A DNA stretch of 63,798 bases, the filler included, from Octopus bimaculoides (taxonomy: Eukaryota): the NCBI RefSeq assembly GCF_001194135.2. It is 5 parts of 5 records of this genome, joined end to end, with 100 filler letters (N's around TTAATTAATTAA, not from the genome) between each part and the next. Parts side by side here need not be neighbours in the genome. Positions count along the whole stretch, not along the records: positions 1 to 11,358 come from NC_068983.1; positions 11,459 to 40,427 come from NC_068996.1; 3 more parts are not named here. The stretch is one strand, 5' to 3'. The position numbers were made by a program, and so were the translations under genes. The notes beneath the pieces are model-generated. The model searched no databases. It was not told where the DNA came from and saw only the letters and a list, made by a program, of their open reading frames with translations. This document shows positions 1 through 13,480 of this stretch, piece by piece (position 1 is the stretch's first letter; every line of letters starts with the position of its first letter).

Positions 1-230
1 TGTGTGTGTGTGTGTATCTGAAAGGAGTGTCAATGGGAAAGAGAAGGAAAAGTGAAAGAAGAAAATTGTGTTTACAGCTGGTCAATTCTTTCAATGACAA
101 GTTGATTATTGGCCTTTAAAAATGGCAAAACCAGGTGGCTGTTTAAGGCCACCTGGAAGAAAGTTGTTTTTCAAAAAGTTGCCATCATTGTCCAGTGAGA
201 GAGAGTGGGGTGTGTTTGTGTGGGGGTGGC

Positions 231-265
<35 letters not shown>

Positions 266-789
266 CTGTGTATCTGAAACGAGTGTCAATAGAAAAGAGA
301 AGGATAGAAAGAAGGAAGAAAATAAGAAGGAATTGTGTTTACATCTATACAGCTGGTTAGTTCAAAAAAGGAAGGAGAGGAAGAGGAGGAGGAGGAGGAA
401 AGGAGGAGGGAAGGAAGATGAGGAATAGAAGGTAAGAGTATAAGGTCAGTGGGACAAAGGAATTGTTCTGGTTGGACGATGACCTTACACTTTGTAGGAT
501 TTATGCAGATGACTTAGGTTTACGATGAATCAATTTATTGAGACATTGAGGGTTAGATTTTTGTTTTGTCTTTTGTTTTTCTGTCATTGTTTCTGACCAT
601 TCAAGTAAATACATACACACAGATGCAAGAAGTTAGATATGAACAGGGTGAGTCCAAACAATAACAAATAACGAACCACTTCAACAATGAGTGAGTACAT
701 CCACCTAATTTCAACAAAGCAAAATTCAACAGAAAAAAATATGCTTTTCTACCTCATCTCCTTTGGTAACTATCCATAAGCGTTTTTTT

Positions 790-921
790 TACCTTCTTCT
801 TCTTCTTCTTCTTCTTCGTCTTCTTCTTCTTCTTCTTCTTCTTCTTCTTCTTCTTCTTCTTCTTCTTCTTCTTCTTCTACTACTACTACTACTACTACTA
901 CTACGACTACTACTACAACTA
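790..921. repeat. Compound (CTT)n/(CTA)n microsatellite
   Basis: Direct reading; explains the poly-Leu ORF. Confidence 0.95.
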
Positions 922-1208
922 CGTCGTAGTAGCATTTCTTCCGGCTTTATGTTATAAATTCAAATGTCACCGCAGTCAACTTTGCCGTTCACCCTGGCGG
1001 GTCCGACGAAATAAGTACAAGCGGAGTACCGAGATAGAAGTAATCGCTTATACCCCTGTTACTAAAGAAATGTCAGGCTTTTGCTAACAGTAGAAAAGAA
1101 AAACTACATGTTATAGTAACATGATTTACTTTATCAAAACATCCGCGTTTAAGTGGGGATAAATATTACTTTTCGGTTCACTACTGCCTCTGTCGCTACT
1201 GTTTGTTT

Positions 1209-1587
1209 GTTGGCACTCCGTCGCTTACGACGTCAAGGGTTCCAGTTGATCCGATCAACGGAACAGCCTGCTCGTGAAATTAACGTGCAAATGGCTGAGC
1301 ACACCACAGACACGTGTACCCTTAACGTAGTTCTCGGGGATATTCAGCGTGACACAGTGTGACAAGGCTGACCCTTTGAATTACAGGCACAACAGAAACA
1401 GGAAGAAAGAGTGAGAGAATGTTGTGGTGAAAGAGAACAGCAGGGTTCGCCACCATCCCCTGCCGGAGCCTCGTGGAGCTTTAGGTGTTTTCGCTCAATA
1501 AACACTCACAACGCTCGGTCTGCGAATCGAAACCGCGATCCTATGACCGCGAGTCCGATGCCCTAACCACTGGGCCATTGCGCCTCC
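1209..1587 (-). mobile_element. tRNA-derived SINE, family A
   Basis: Pol III A-box (TGGCCCAGTGG) and B-box (GGTTTCGATTC) head; near-identical inverted copy at 5071-5451. Confidence 0.85.
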
Positions 1588-2510
1588 ACTCTGTCGCTAC
1601 TATACATCTTTTAAAGAACTCACTGGTTAATCGTAACACCAGCGCCTGTTCAAGCGTTGTTTTCCTATATATCACTGGTGGAATGTGAATGGCTGCTATC
1701 TCTAGCGGTCGAGCGACCATGATTGAGAAGACCAAAGAAGCTCGAAATCACGTGTTCTGATGGTCTCGGTGCTGGAGTAGGTAGGGATTTTATCTCCCCG
1801 CTAGCGACATATACAAGCTTGCATATCACACCAAAAGCCAATATGAAAGTTTCTCTCATGCTATCTACCGCAGTATAGTTTGTTCTAACAGAACATTCAA
1901 GTTTAAGGGCAGATAAATCTTAACTCTCTTTTTAGTTTTACACACTGTCTACGAAATCATACACTGACAGCTTCATATAAACTGGATCTACATTGTTCGT
2001 TTCGACGATGATAATTAAGCTGTTCAATCAACTGAGTTACCTCTTCGCAAGTGGTTCTCCATTCCACAAGGCACGTAAATTTAAAGACGAATCACCATGA
2101 AAGGGTGTGCCACATTTTTCTTTTCTTTTAACCTTTCCGAATTACAAGCACAATCCACAATTACCGTCTACCCAATTTTACTCACACTCCTTGGATTCAA
2201 CCGATATAATGATAAAAGAAAGATAGTGAAGGTATCACATAGTGGGATGGAGCTCGGGTCCTCTGCATTTAGATGTGAACTTCTTAACCATGATTCGATC
2301 TTGGTTCATACATGGTGCTTCAAATCTTGACGTGTATAATTAGCACTTATTTCCTTTCTCTGCGTCTTGCTAGAGACCTTTTGATCCAAAGCGTTCTTTG
2401 TTGTATGTTTTTGTTCTCTCTTAAGATTGGCGTTTTCACTTTTATTGAGCATAAAGGAGACGGACCGTTACATAAACATATATATACATACGAATTTACG
2501 CATGTGTGAA

Positions 2511-2542
<32 letters not shown>

Positions 2543-2762
2543 GCGTGCATGTGTATATATCACTACATACACACCCACTCCTCACACATATACGTATACA
2601 AATACATGCACCGGCATGTACTTGTTCTGTTTGATTCGCTTCTTTATCTCTTGAATATTTTCTCGCATATTATACACACATACACACTAACACACACATA
2701 CATACTCACACACAAGCACGCATACACACACATATATACAAATAAAATATATATAAATATAG

Positions 2763-2823
<61 letters not shown>

Positions 2824-3826
2824 GTATATTTATATTTATGTATGTGTACATTTAACCGCTTTCACATATATAAACAAGTACATACTTAGGTTTGTGCATT
2901 TATGTATGTACGTGTATATGTATGTATTTAGATCATTATATTCTGGCATATATTTATTTATTCTGGTCGGTATTGGCATCTTTATATTTATTTCTCAGTA
3001 TTGTCACGACTCGTTCTGTCCATATTTTTTAACAGACTAATAGCTTTTACAGCGCTTTTTTTATGGAGTTTTAACAGTTTTTTACATCTGAAGTTAATTT
3101 TTGAAATTGATTCACTTGTTAGCGTATATACATCTATACGCCACACAGACACACTCACACACACACACACACCCTCACTCACATATACAAACACATACAT
3201 ATGTGTGTGTACGTAGCTACATATACATATGCACGCACTCATACACACACACACAGATATATATATATATATATATATATGCATATATACATACATATAT
3301 ATATGTATACATATATACATATATATACATACACACACACATATATATGCTTTTATGTAACAGTCCGTCTTCTTTATGGCTTATTCTGTATTTTCCCATT
3401 TTTTTTATTATTCTCTCGAGTATATTTTTTTTATATACTCGGGTATAGTAGTGGGTATGGCTCTCGATTTTCATTTATCTTTCTAAGTACTTCCATGCTT
3501 ATGCATATACCAATGAGAATTTATTTACGTGTGTACATGATTTTATATAAGTATATACAGGTAGGCGAGTACGTGCGAATGTTATCTGTGTGCACCTTTA
3601 CTTATATGTATACTTCTTTAGTTGGTATATATGCGAATTTATTTGGTATTTACTAATATTTGTACTGCGATGTTTTTTTTTGTGTTATTTTTTTGTGTGT
3701 GTGATCTTATTATTAGCAGTTTCTAAACAGTTTTCTCACCGTTTAAATTGTTGACAACTACATCGTTTTTTTGTTCTTTCAAATTGTTTCAGTGCTTAGC
3801 TTTTGATACTTCATGGCACATAACCG

Positions 3827-3869
<43 letters not shown>

Positions 3870-4029
3870 GACACAGACACAGACACATATATATATACGT
3901 ATGTATGTATATGTAAGTGAATGCGCATTTATGTATATGGATATCTATTTCCTACGTATATCTCTTGATATATATATGTGTATGTATGTATGTATGTATA
4001 TATGGATATGTGTAACCACACACGTGTAT

Positions 4030-4068
<39 letters not shown>

Positions 4069-4559
4069 CACGCACCTGCGATATTTATTCACTATAAATG
4101 AAACGCGCGTAAGATGTATTAAATATATTCATAAACTATCCTGTTTTGTTGTGCTTCATATAAGCGCACGCACGTATGCACGTGTGTGTGTGTGTGTGTG
4201 TTTGTGTGTGTCTGTGTGTATGTGTGTGTATGTAGGTTTGTGTTGTATGTGTATGTGCGCAGATATCATTTGAGCAAATACTTGTTTAAAATCGTAGGAG
4301 TAGAAGAATTTAATATAATGTTCTCAAAAACATGGAGATGAATTATTTGTGTCATTAGAATTCACAAGACTGTTACCTCTCGTTAGAAATCTTTATCATT
4401 CATACTGCACTACCGTCACAAGCATCCACTACTACAACGGTTTATAAAATTCTTTCTGATATTTCTCATATTTATTCCTTGTTAATGAAATACGCATAAA
4501 ATTATGTATAAAATATATTCACAAACAAATTATCCCGATGTTTTGCTTCATTCACCATG

Positions 4560-4755
4560 ATAGATCGCTGACCACTACATTTATATATTTTTTTTTCTCT
4601 GTGTTTCTCTCCTTATTTCTTTCTGTGTTCCTCTGAGTTGAAGAGTGTAGGCTCGAAACGTCAAAGACTCTCTCTATTCCCGAGCGTTAAACTAATACAT
4701 CCATTTGTTGTTTACACCGCCTGTCTTCGTCTGTTGTTTTTTTCGTAAATTCTCC

Positions 4756-4760
<5 letters not shown>
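4560..4760 (+). mobile_element. Short PLE-type tail repeat with minimal hammerhead-like motif; other copies at 13935-14080 (-) and 23041-23225 (+)
   Basis: Three mutually alignable copies sharing gaagagcgtaggctcgaaacgt and aactaatacatcc...gtttacac. Confidence 0.65.
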
Positions 4761-4788
<28 letters not shown>

Positions 4789-5070
4789 CATATATGGATG
4801 TGTGTGTATTTGTGTGCGTGTGTGTATCGCGTTTTGCTGCTGTGTGTGCGTTTATTGTGTTATTTTAGTTTCCTACTTTATTAGACAAGTTACTAGTGTA
4901 TGTGTATTCTCGTTTCTTTGTTTCCTCAACCTCTTATTTCCGTTTCTTTGTCGATATTTCAAAACTGCTTCATGCATTTCCATCTCCGATAGCGTATGTA
5001 TATTTCGGGAACGGTTTCCCCCGCCGCTCTTCATTCAACTTATTTTCGTATATCTATATTCTATATTGTA

Positions 5071-5451
5071 GAAGCGCAATGGCCCAGTGGTTAGGGCAGT
5101 GGACTCGCGGTCGTAGGATCGTGGTTTCGATTCCCAGACCAGGCGTTGTGAGTGTTTATTGAACGAAAACACCTAAAGCTCCGCAAGGCTCCGGCAGAGG
5201 ATGGTGGCGAACCCTGCTGTACTCTTTCACCACAACATTCTCTCACACGTTCTTCCTGTTTCTGTTGTGCCTGTAATTCAAAGGGTCAGCTTTGTCACAC
5301 TGTGTCACGCTGAATATTCCCGAGAACTACGTTAAGGGTACACGCGTCTGTGGAATGCTTAGCCACTTGCACGTTAATTTCACGAGCAGGCTGTTCCGTT
5401 GATCAGATCAACTGGAACCCTCGACGTCGTAAGCGACGGAGTGCCAACAAC
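5071..5451 (+). mobile_element. tRNA-derived SINE, family A
   Basis: Same family as 1209-1587, opposite strand. Confidence 0.85.
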
Positions 5452-5621
5452 ATTCTATGGTCTATTTCAGCTAACTCACTTTTTTACAGCTAATTTGTTT
5501 TCCTTCTTAATTATTTTAACTCTGTCTCTTAAAAATTACTCTCTAATTTACCTCATATTTTGATGTAACTTTTCGCCACACCACCTTTCGTCTAATTAAT
5601 CTTTGTGTTTGTCGTAATAAG

Positions 5622-6170
5622 GGGATCTGGTAGGACCGTTAACACGCCGGGCGAAATGCTCAGCAGTATTTCGTCCGTCTTTTCGTCCTGAGTTCAAATT
5701 CTGCCGAGGCCGACTTTGCCTTTTACCCTTTCGGAGTCGATAAAATCAATACCAGCTGAGCACTGAGATCGATGTGGTCGACTTACGTCGTCTCCAAAAT
5801 TGCTGGCCTTGTGCCAAAATTCGAAACCTATAATTATTTTATTTGTGTTTGATTTTTTTTCTTTTGTTTTTTTACTAAGATGGATTCCTTGTAAGTATGA
5901 TTATGTGTTTTTGTACATTTGAGCGCCGTCTTTTACCAGAACATATATTGGCTTCAAATTTTGGCAAAAGAAAAAAATTTCGCGACAGGGGGGTACGTTG
6001 ATTACATCGATCCCAGTGCTCAACTGGAACTTAATTCGTCGACCCCGAAATAATGAAAGACAAAGTTGACTCCGAAATAATGAAAGACAAAGTTGAACTT
6101 AGAATCTAAAGATAGACGAAATGCCGCTAGGTACTTTGCCCGGCGTGCCAATCTGCTAGCTTGACGCCTT
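5622..6170. mobile_element. Two family-B SINEs in inverted orientation (about 5622-5829 + and 5950-6170 -)
   Basis: gagttcaaattc(c/t)gccgagg(t/c)cgactttgcc...gtcgata core. Further copies near 960-1050, 52150-52370, 53470-53613, 57400-57620 and 57690-57870. Confidence 0.8.
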
Positions 6171-6721
6171 ACTCGAGTTTACTAATGCTCTGCATTTCTC
6201 AGAAGACAGCTTCTTGTATCCCAAACATTTCGCTTGGCACTAAAAGAAAAATCTGTTTTTAACTTCCATTTCCTTGAATTCGTAATGTCCCAGTCAGACG
6301 ATTAGGTTCTCTAAAATCAACAAGCAATGCATTGATATTTCGACTTTATATCCATTGTTATCCATCCATGGAAATCATAAAATATCGCTAGTTCTATGAG
6401 AAATTATTCTGAAGATGAACTAGTTATTATCATATCGGTTAAGAAAAATTCTATTGCTTAAACAACTGAACCTGAGTTATAAAAAATTTCTAAAGCAACA
6501 TTCGGGAGCCTACGGAAAAACAACTGTCACCTCCCAAGGATACACTCATTCAGTTCTCGGGTACTATAACCTGTATATCTATCAGGCTAGCGATATAAAT
6601 ATTGAAAATGTATAACTCTATTTTTTATAGTTTTTGATAGTTTTTATTAGACGTAACAATATTTTTGCTTAGATTTATATATGCATACACACACACACCC
6701 ACACAAATATATAGGTGCACT

Positions 6722-6768
<47 letters not shown>

Positions 6769-7096
6769 ATACACACATGTATATATATATGAGGACTTGC
6801 AAAGATACATATATGCGTAGGTTCGTGCAGACATTCATAGATACGTACGTACATACATACATACATTTGTATGTATGTGTGTACGTGTGTGTATGCGTGT
6901 GCGTATGTGAGAGAAAATTTGTGCATATGAATTTTCATATGTCATAGTTGCTGTCAAATTTAGCAATCTAATTAAACTTTCCAGCTGTTTGCCAATCTGA
7001 TAATTAATGTTATTATGTTGGAATAAATTGCAGAAACCGAAATTCAAGAGATCAACTTGCTGATATGAATTGTTATAAGACTAGGTTCGAAAACTC

Positions 7097-7108
7097 ATGA
7101 TGATGATA

Positions 7109-7166
<58 letters not shown>

Positions 7167-7219
7167 CAACGACGACGACGACGACGAGGACAACGACGAC
7201 GAAGACGACGACGACGACA

Positions 7220-7259
<40 letters not shown>

Positions 7260-7337
7260 CGACGACGACGACGATAATGACGATTTTAATGATGATGGTG
7301 ACGAGGAGGATCATCATCATCATCATCATCATCATCA
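7097..7337. repeat. Compound (GAT)n/(GAC)n/(CAT)n microsatellite
   Basis: Direct reading; explains the poly-Met/Thr/Ile ORFs. Confidence 0.95.
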
Positions 7338-8089
7338 AATGCATTGCCGTGATAATTATCCTTATCATTTTCTTCTGCTTCCTCTTTTTCTCAGAAGAAG
7401 AGATTCAAAAAAGAAAGGAGGGAATGGATGGGGGAAACAAGTCCAAAAATATATGTTAATTAGTTAGGCTCTGCGTCATTCTGTCATGAAGTTGAAACCA
7501 AACCAAATCCATAAACATGTGTTCGATTTCCTGTTTGTAACAACGTTTGGAAAACTGAATTTCAAACCAATGCTATGAATTTCTGATGTTCATTATCCAT
7601 TGTCACCCGATGCCGTTTCAGTATTTCGATATTAGCCCGAGTATTCCTAATCTCTGCCTATCCGTTTCTCTTTTCTCAGTATGGTAGTGAGAGACTGTGT
7701 ACTGCGATATTTTCAACTGGGTGAAAATATTCCACAAGATTTAATCATTATTGACGCAGGTGTGACCGTATTATAAGTTGCTTACTTTCCAACTACATGA
7801 TCCCAGTTTCAGTCCCACTGCATCGTACCTTGGGCAAGTGTCTTCTACTATAGCTTCGGGCTGATCAAAGCCTTTTGATAGTATATGATGAACGGAAACG
7901 TCCGCCGTATATGAAGTAACTTTGACGAAAGTAGCATTAATTTTCTAGGTCGTTCAACTTTGTTCAATGGCTCAGTGGGCCGATTGAATGAACCATTCAA
8001 TAACGAATCTATAACGATTACTTGAACAGCTGTAAGTCAAATTTACTATAATAAAGAAAAATATGTAATGATTATCATTTGTGCCCATT

Positions 8090-9060
8090 CTCCCTCTACA
8101 TAGAAAATAACTGGAAGAGATACCTGGATGACTTTCATACTTTGGCATGAAAGTATAGAGAGACTTAAAGCATTGCAAGCACTTATAAATGGACTTGATG
8201 TAACCAGTCAATTCACGATGGCAAATAGCCATCAACAACTTCCCTTCCTCGACATCCTCATTAAGAAATCTAACAACGTAATAAAAACAGATATATACTA
8301 TAAGCCCACGGACTCCAAGCAATATCTACCGTTCAACTCATGCCACCCCAGACACACCAGAATGAATATCCCCTTCGACCTAGAAAAAAGGATATGTACT
8401 ATAGTTTCTAATGCAAGCACCAGGGACACACGACTACATGGACTAAAGGATACACTCATCACCAGGAACTACCCACCTTCACTAACTGACATATGCTTTC
8501 AAGGTGCCCTACAACTCATGATCCACGAACTCAGACATCCCAAATTAAAGAAGGATTTACAATCAAAGCTTGTGATGCCTATAGCTGAGTCCACTCTGCT
8601 GCAAGCATTCGTCTGAGGTATCTCCTTCGACAATAACCCATAAGTAGCAGTTTTTTCATCCCTTTGCCCCTCGTATCTCCACGATGCCCTGAAAAAGTTA
8701 TTGATCTTGACCTTCATCCTCTGACTAAGCAATAAAAGCAAAATGGTATTTGTTCAGCAAACTGAAATCAGAATATCGTGAAGCACATTCTACCGCTGTT
8801 GAAGAGAAATAAGCTGTTTCAATTCATTTCATTTCAGGTACACTGCTAAAGCTCCTGGGAAGATATAAAGATCAGAACATTCTCATTTTCCAGTTAATAT
8901 ACAAACTTTATAACAGATGTTAGAAATCAATATCAAACAAAGAAGATAATCGTTAGAAAGTTATGAAAAACGAATAAATCACATGAACAGGAATTCAATC
9001 TAAAGTGTTTGCAACAAACCCACCAAAGCGAATATACATGGAATTTACTGATGAAACAAA
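8090..9060 (+). mobile_element. Penelope-like element, RT fragment and decayed 3' end
   Basis: WKRYLDD, LPFLDILI, TDIYYKPTDSKQYLPFNSCHPRH motifs typical of PLE reverse transcriptase. Confidence 0.88.
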
Positions 9061-10849
9061 GCAATGGTGGCTTGTCGTGTCTTGTGGTTGTTCATACTTC
9101 CATCTGTTAGACGCAAACTATGTTTGGTGTTGATAAATTGAACAAAAATAGGAATTACTTAAGTCTTGTCAAGAAAAACCAGAAAAGAAAATAATGATAT
9201 ATAAATGGTTATTTATATGCAGAGAATGAGATTGATAGGTTGCTTATTTGCTTAGTTACTGAGTTTACTGGATAGCTCGCTTGCCAGCATGACTGGTTGG
9301 TGAGATGGCATGTCCACATACAACCGCAGATAGACGATCTATCAGTATGCAAACGAGGAAAACAAAGTTTACAGGAAAGAAGAAACAAGCGGAGAAATAC
9401 AGCAAAATCAAAAACAAAACAGCAAAGCTGCATAATATTTAAAAGGTGTTATGCTAGACATATCAATAAAAGCTGTGAGTAAACATGGGAAGATGAAAGA
9501 GAATGCATACACACGGACATATAGATATGTATTTATACATATATATGCATATATATATACATAGATATGTGTATACAAACACACATACACATGTATATAT
9601 ACATATATGTGCACACTCATGAATATGCATGTAAATCTAAACCATCACAAACATACACAATAAACTAGTGCGTGTGAGCAAGTGCCTATATAGGTATACA
9701 CACACATGCATACAAGCGCGCACACACTAATACACACGCACATACACACGCACACACACACACACAGACATATATATATATATGAGGGAGAGAGAAAGAG
9801 AGAGATGTATTAGTAAATATATAAATACATAAATACATACATACTTCTATATCATCTGCGTACCTTTGTGTTTAGGCATGCATATGTAATCCTCCGTCGG
9901 TGTTTGAGGCTATATATATCGAACAGGCAATGACAAGTGAATGAATCTAATATACAGTCAGTTTGAAAATAGATAGATCAAAAATAGAATTACCATAATA
10001 GTAAACATGGTTTAGGGTTTAAGAAAACATGTTGATCTATAGACAGAAACGGTAACTTGTATAATATTAGCTGACAAAACAATCTCGACGTATATTATGT
10101 TCAGAATCTTCTGTACGAAAAAGAAAAACGTTGATAAATGCTCCATCGCCACGTTTTGCTTACTTCAAATAAAGAAAAGAAAACGAAAAATTAAAAAAAA
10201 AGGAAAAGAAATAATTACGGACAAAATGAGAGTAGAGAATATAAGAAAATAGGCAATACTGGACAAATTTCAGATATGTAATAGTTTTGTGGACTTGTAA
10301 ATTGCATTTTTTTCTTGGTGTAGTAAAGAACAGAAATAGATGAGTTACGCTGGTAACCTATATCTGTATTCGAATACATCTCATCAGCCATGTACTACAG
10401 AAGTGCTTTTCTTGGACTATATTTTGCCCTTCTCTCCGAATATTTGCTCCCTCCTCTTTCTCACGGAGAGCTATGCTCGAAACATCACACACACCCACTT
10501 GTTTCCATCTTATACTAAGTATCAAACTGTGTACGTCCTTCGGACTTATGCCGTTTTTGTTTTTATTTTTATCTTCGATTTGCCTTTACATACCATACAT
10601 ACATACATACGTACGTACATACATACATACATACATACATACATACATACATACATACATACAAAGAAGAACACAAGTAGGGTTTGAATTTCCTGCCGCT
10701 GTTTCGGTAGAACTTTATTGATGTATTCATACATTACATCATAGCATATATCCATCTTCAGGTTGATGCGCCTAGATTCTAATGGATCCTATAACTAATT
10801 CGTGTGCCTCTGTGTGTGTGTGTGTGTGTGTGTGTGTATTGCATCTCTT

Positions 10850-11324
10850 CCAACGTAATATATTGCATCCAACGTACTCTTTGCGACCCTTTATATACTG
10901 AACAATCGGGCTGTCGGCTAGCCAACCGATTTACTGAACATCTACGAGATATCTGTTGCCCGTCATTTTATATATTTCTCCAGCATTTGCTATTTTACAC
11001 TCGTTCTGGTCTAACGACTCCCTATGTTTGTTTTCGTTCGGTTTCCTTGTATGTCTCCAGTGTCCTGCTTTTGTTCCCAACATTGACCCTTCATAAATCT
11101 CAAATTTTATTTTGATACTTATGGGAGCAGCTGTCTTCGAAGACTCATATTGGCGTTAAATGCTCGAAATGAGTAGATAGAAAGCCGACAACTGTTACTT
11201 GTCTTGTTTCCCATTTGTATCTCACGTTGTTTGCGTATTGAACTCATTTTTTTCGTATTTCATGTGTTGTTTACTGTTGGTGATGTCTTGTACCCATATA
11301 TGCATATATGTATATGCATATATA

Positions 11325-11358
<34 letters not shown>

Positions 11359-11632
11359 NNNNNNNNNNNNNNNNNNNNNNNNNNNNNNNNNNNNNNNNNN
11401 NNTTAATTAATTAANNNNNNNNNNNNNNNNNNNNNNNNNNNNNNNNNNNNNNNNNNNNGCGTGGTACCTTGGGCAAGTGTCTTCTACTATAGGCTTGGGC
11501 CGACCAAAACCTTTGCGTGGTACCTTGGGCAAGTGTCTTCTACTATAGGCTTGGGCCGACCAAAACCTTGTGAGTGGATTTGGTAGACGGAAATTTAAAG
11601 AAGCCCGTTATGTGTGTGTGTGTGTATGTATG

Positions 11633-11666
<34 letters not shown>

Positions 11667-12053
11667 TGTGTTTGTGTGTCTGTGTTTGTCTCACCACCAT
11701 CGCTTGACAACCGATGATGGTGTATTTACGTCCCCGTAACTTATCGGTTCTGCATAAGTTTCCCTTCATCAGTTTTCCACGGTTTTATCTGCTCCGCATT
11801 ACGGGCATTAGGACAAGATGCGTTTTCGTCAAAACAGTTGCTCCCGCAAAGCAAATTAAATAAAATTTGGGATTGCGAAGGGTCAAAGTTGGTAATAAAA
11901 AGTAGAATAGTGAAAATGAACGGCAAGGGCTGTCTCGTTTTTCATGTTGTTTACGTTTGTTGACATCCTGTACCAATATGTGCATGTGTATATACATATA
12001 TATGTAAGTATGTACATGTATGTATGTATGTATTATGTATGTATATATACATA

Positions 12054-12148
<95 letters not shown>

Positions 12149-12721
12149 NNNNNNNNNNNNNNNNNNNNNNNNNNNNNNNNNNNNNNNNNNNNNNNNNNNN
12201 NNNNNNNNNNNNNNNNNNNNNNNNNNNNNNNNNNNNNNNNNNNNNNNNNNNNNNNNNNNNNNNNNNNNNNNNNNNNNNNNNNNNNNNNNNNNNNNNNNNN
12301 NNNNNNNNNNNNNNNNNNNNNNNNNNNNNNNNNNNNNNNNNNNNNNNNNNNNNNNNNNNNNNNNNNNNNNNNNNNNNNNNNNNNNNNNNNNNNNNNNNNN
12401 NNNNNNNNNNNNNNNNNNNNNNNNNNNNNNNNNNNNNNNNNNNNNNNNNNNNNNNNNNNNNNNNNNNNNNNNNNNNNNNNNNNNNNNNNNNNNNNNNNNN
12501 NNNNNNNNNNNNNNNNNNNNNNNNNNNNNNNNNNNNNNNNNNNNNNNNNNNNNNNNNNNNNNNNNNNNNNNNNNNNNNNNNNNNNNNNNNNNNNNNNNNN
12601 NATATATATATATATATATATATAATTTATATTATTATATGATTGAATGGCACGCATCCATTTCCAAGTTTTATCTTAATAATTCTGATGCGACACTAAT
12701 TCTATCACTATTTCTCTCTCT

Positions 12722-12752
<31 letters not shown>

Positions 12753-13480
12753 CCTCTTTCTTTATTCTTTATATCTCCCATGTTTTTCTCTTTCATCCTT
12801 TCTCTAATTCTTCTCCTCCCCACTTCACCGTTCTTTATCTGTCCCTCTCTCTTCCTAACTTTTCTCCCTTGACTCTCTCGTTGCTCACACGGGACCAGCA
12901 GCCATTTTTCTTTTCCTAAGTTGAATTTCTTTCTTTCTTCTCGTTCAACCACAGGGATAGCACGCATTCTTGTCTGTCTCCTGTCAAAGCTTGTTTCTCC
13001 AGCGTTCATCACTTCACCTCCTTATGGCTTAACAGCCCTTACCGTTTGTTTTCACCGTCCTGTTTTTGTTACCAACTTTCACCCTCCGCAAATCCAAAAT
13101 CTTATTTAATTTGCTTTGCGGGAGCAACTGTTTTGATGAAGACACATCTTATCCTAATGCTCGAAATACAGAGTAGATAAAGCAGTGGATGAAGGCACTG
13201 TTCTTTATGTTGCTTATCTTGTTTTTCTATTTGTTTCTTTCGTTGTTCGCAAAAAAAGCTCGTTTTCCACATTTTCGTATTTCATGTTCTCGTTTTTCAT
13301 GTTGTTTACGTTTTTTGACATCTTGTACCCATATATGCATGTGTATATACATATATATGTAAGTATGCATATGTGTGTATGTATGTATGTATGTATGTAT
13401 GTATGTATGTATGTATGCATATATATATATATATATATTATTTATATTATTATATGATTGAACGCCACGCATCTATTTCC
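10850..13480. mobile_element. Cluster of three related Penelope 3' ends (+ about 10850-11340, - about 11750-11930, + about 12850-13480)
   Basis: GIY-YIG remnant CDPLYTEQSGCRLANRFTEHLRDI. The shared segment (ccaaa...ttatttaatttgctttgcgggagcaactgttttga) occurs in both orientations. Confidence 0.7.
11359..11458. other. 100-bp assembly gap with TTAATTAATTAA linker (also 40428-40527, 50880-50979, 62628-62727)
   Basis: Identical N/12-mer/N layout four times; the 12-mer gives stops in all six frames. Confidence 0.9.

Noticed and set aside
470-530. IYADDL (RT-like YADD) peptide
   Set aside because: Isolated six-residue match with no other RT motifs nearby.
5071-5145. tRNA-like sequences (also near 1515-1587, 16722-16785, 32340-32400)
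   Set aside because: They continue into SINE bodies and lack a complete acceptor stem; these are SINE heads, not tRNA genes.
9268-9342. Minus-strand exon candidate ending ...HAGKRAIQ* (amidation-like GKR)
   Set aside because: All three frames are open, the donor is weak and nothing links it to the other exons.
11403-11414. TTAATTAATTAA inside N-runs (four occurrences)
   Set aside because: Identical placement in 100-bp gaps and stops in all six frames indicate an assembly linker, not biology.
11459-11570. Exact 55-bp tandem duplication within a SINE
   Set aside because: It abuts a linker gap; likely a contig-end overlap artefact.
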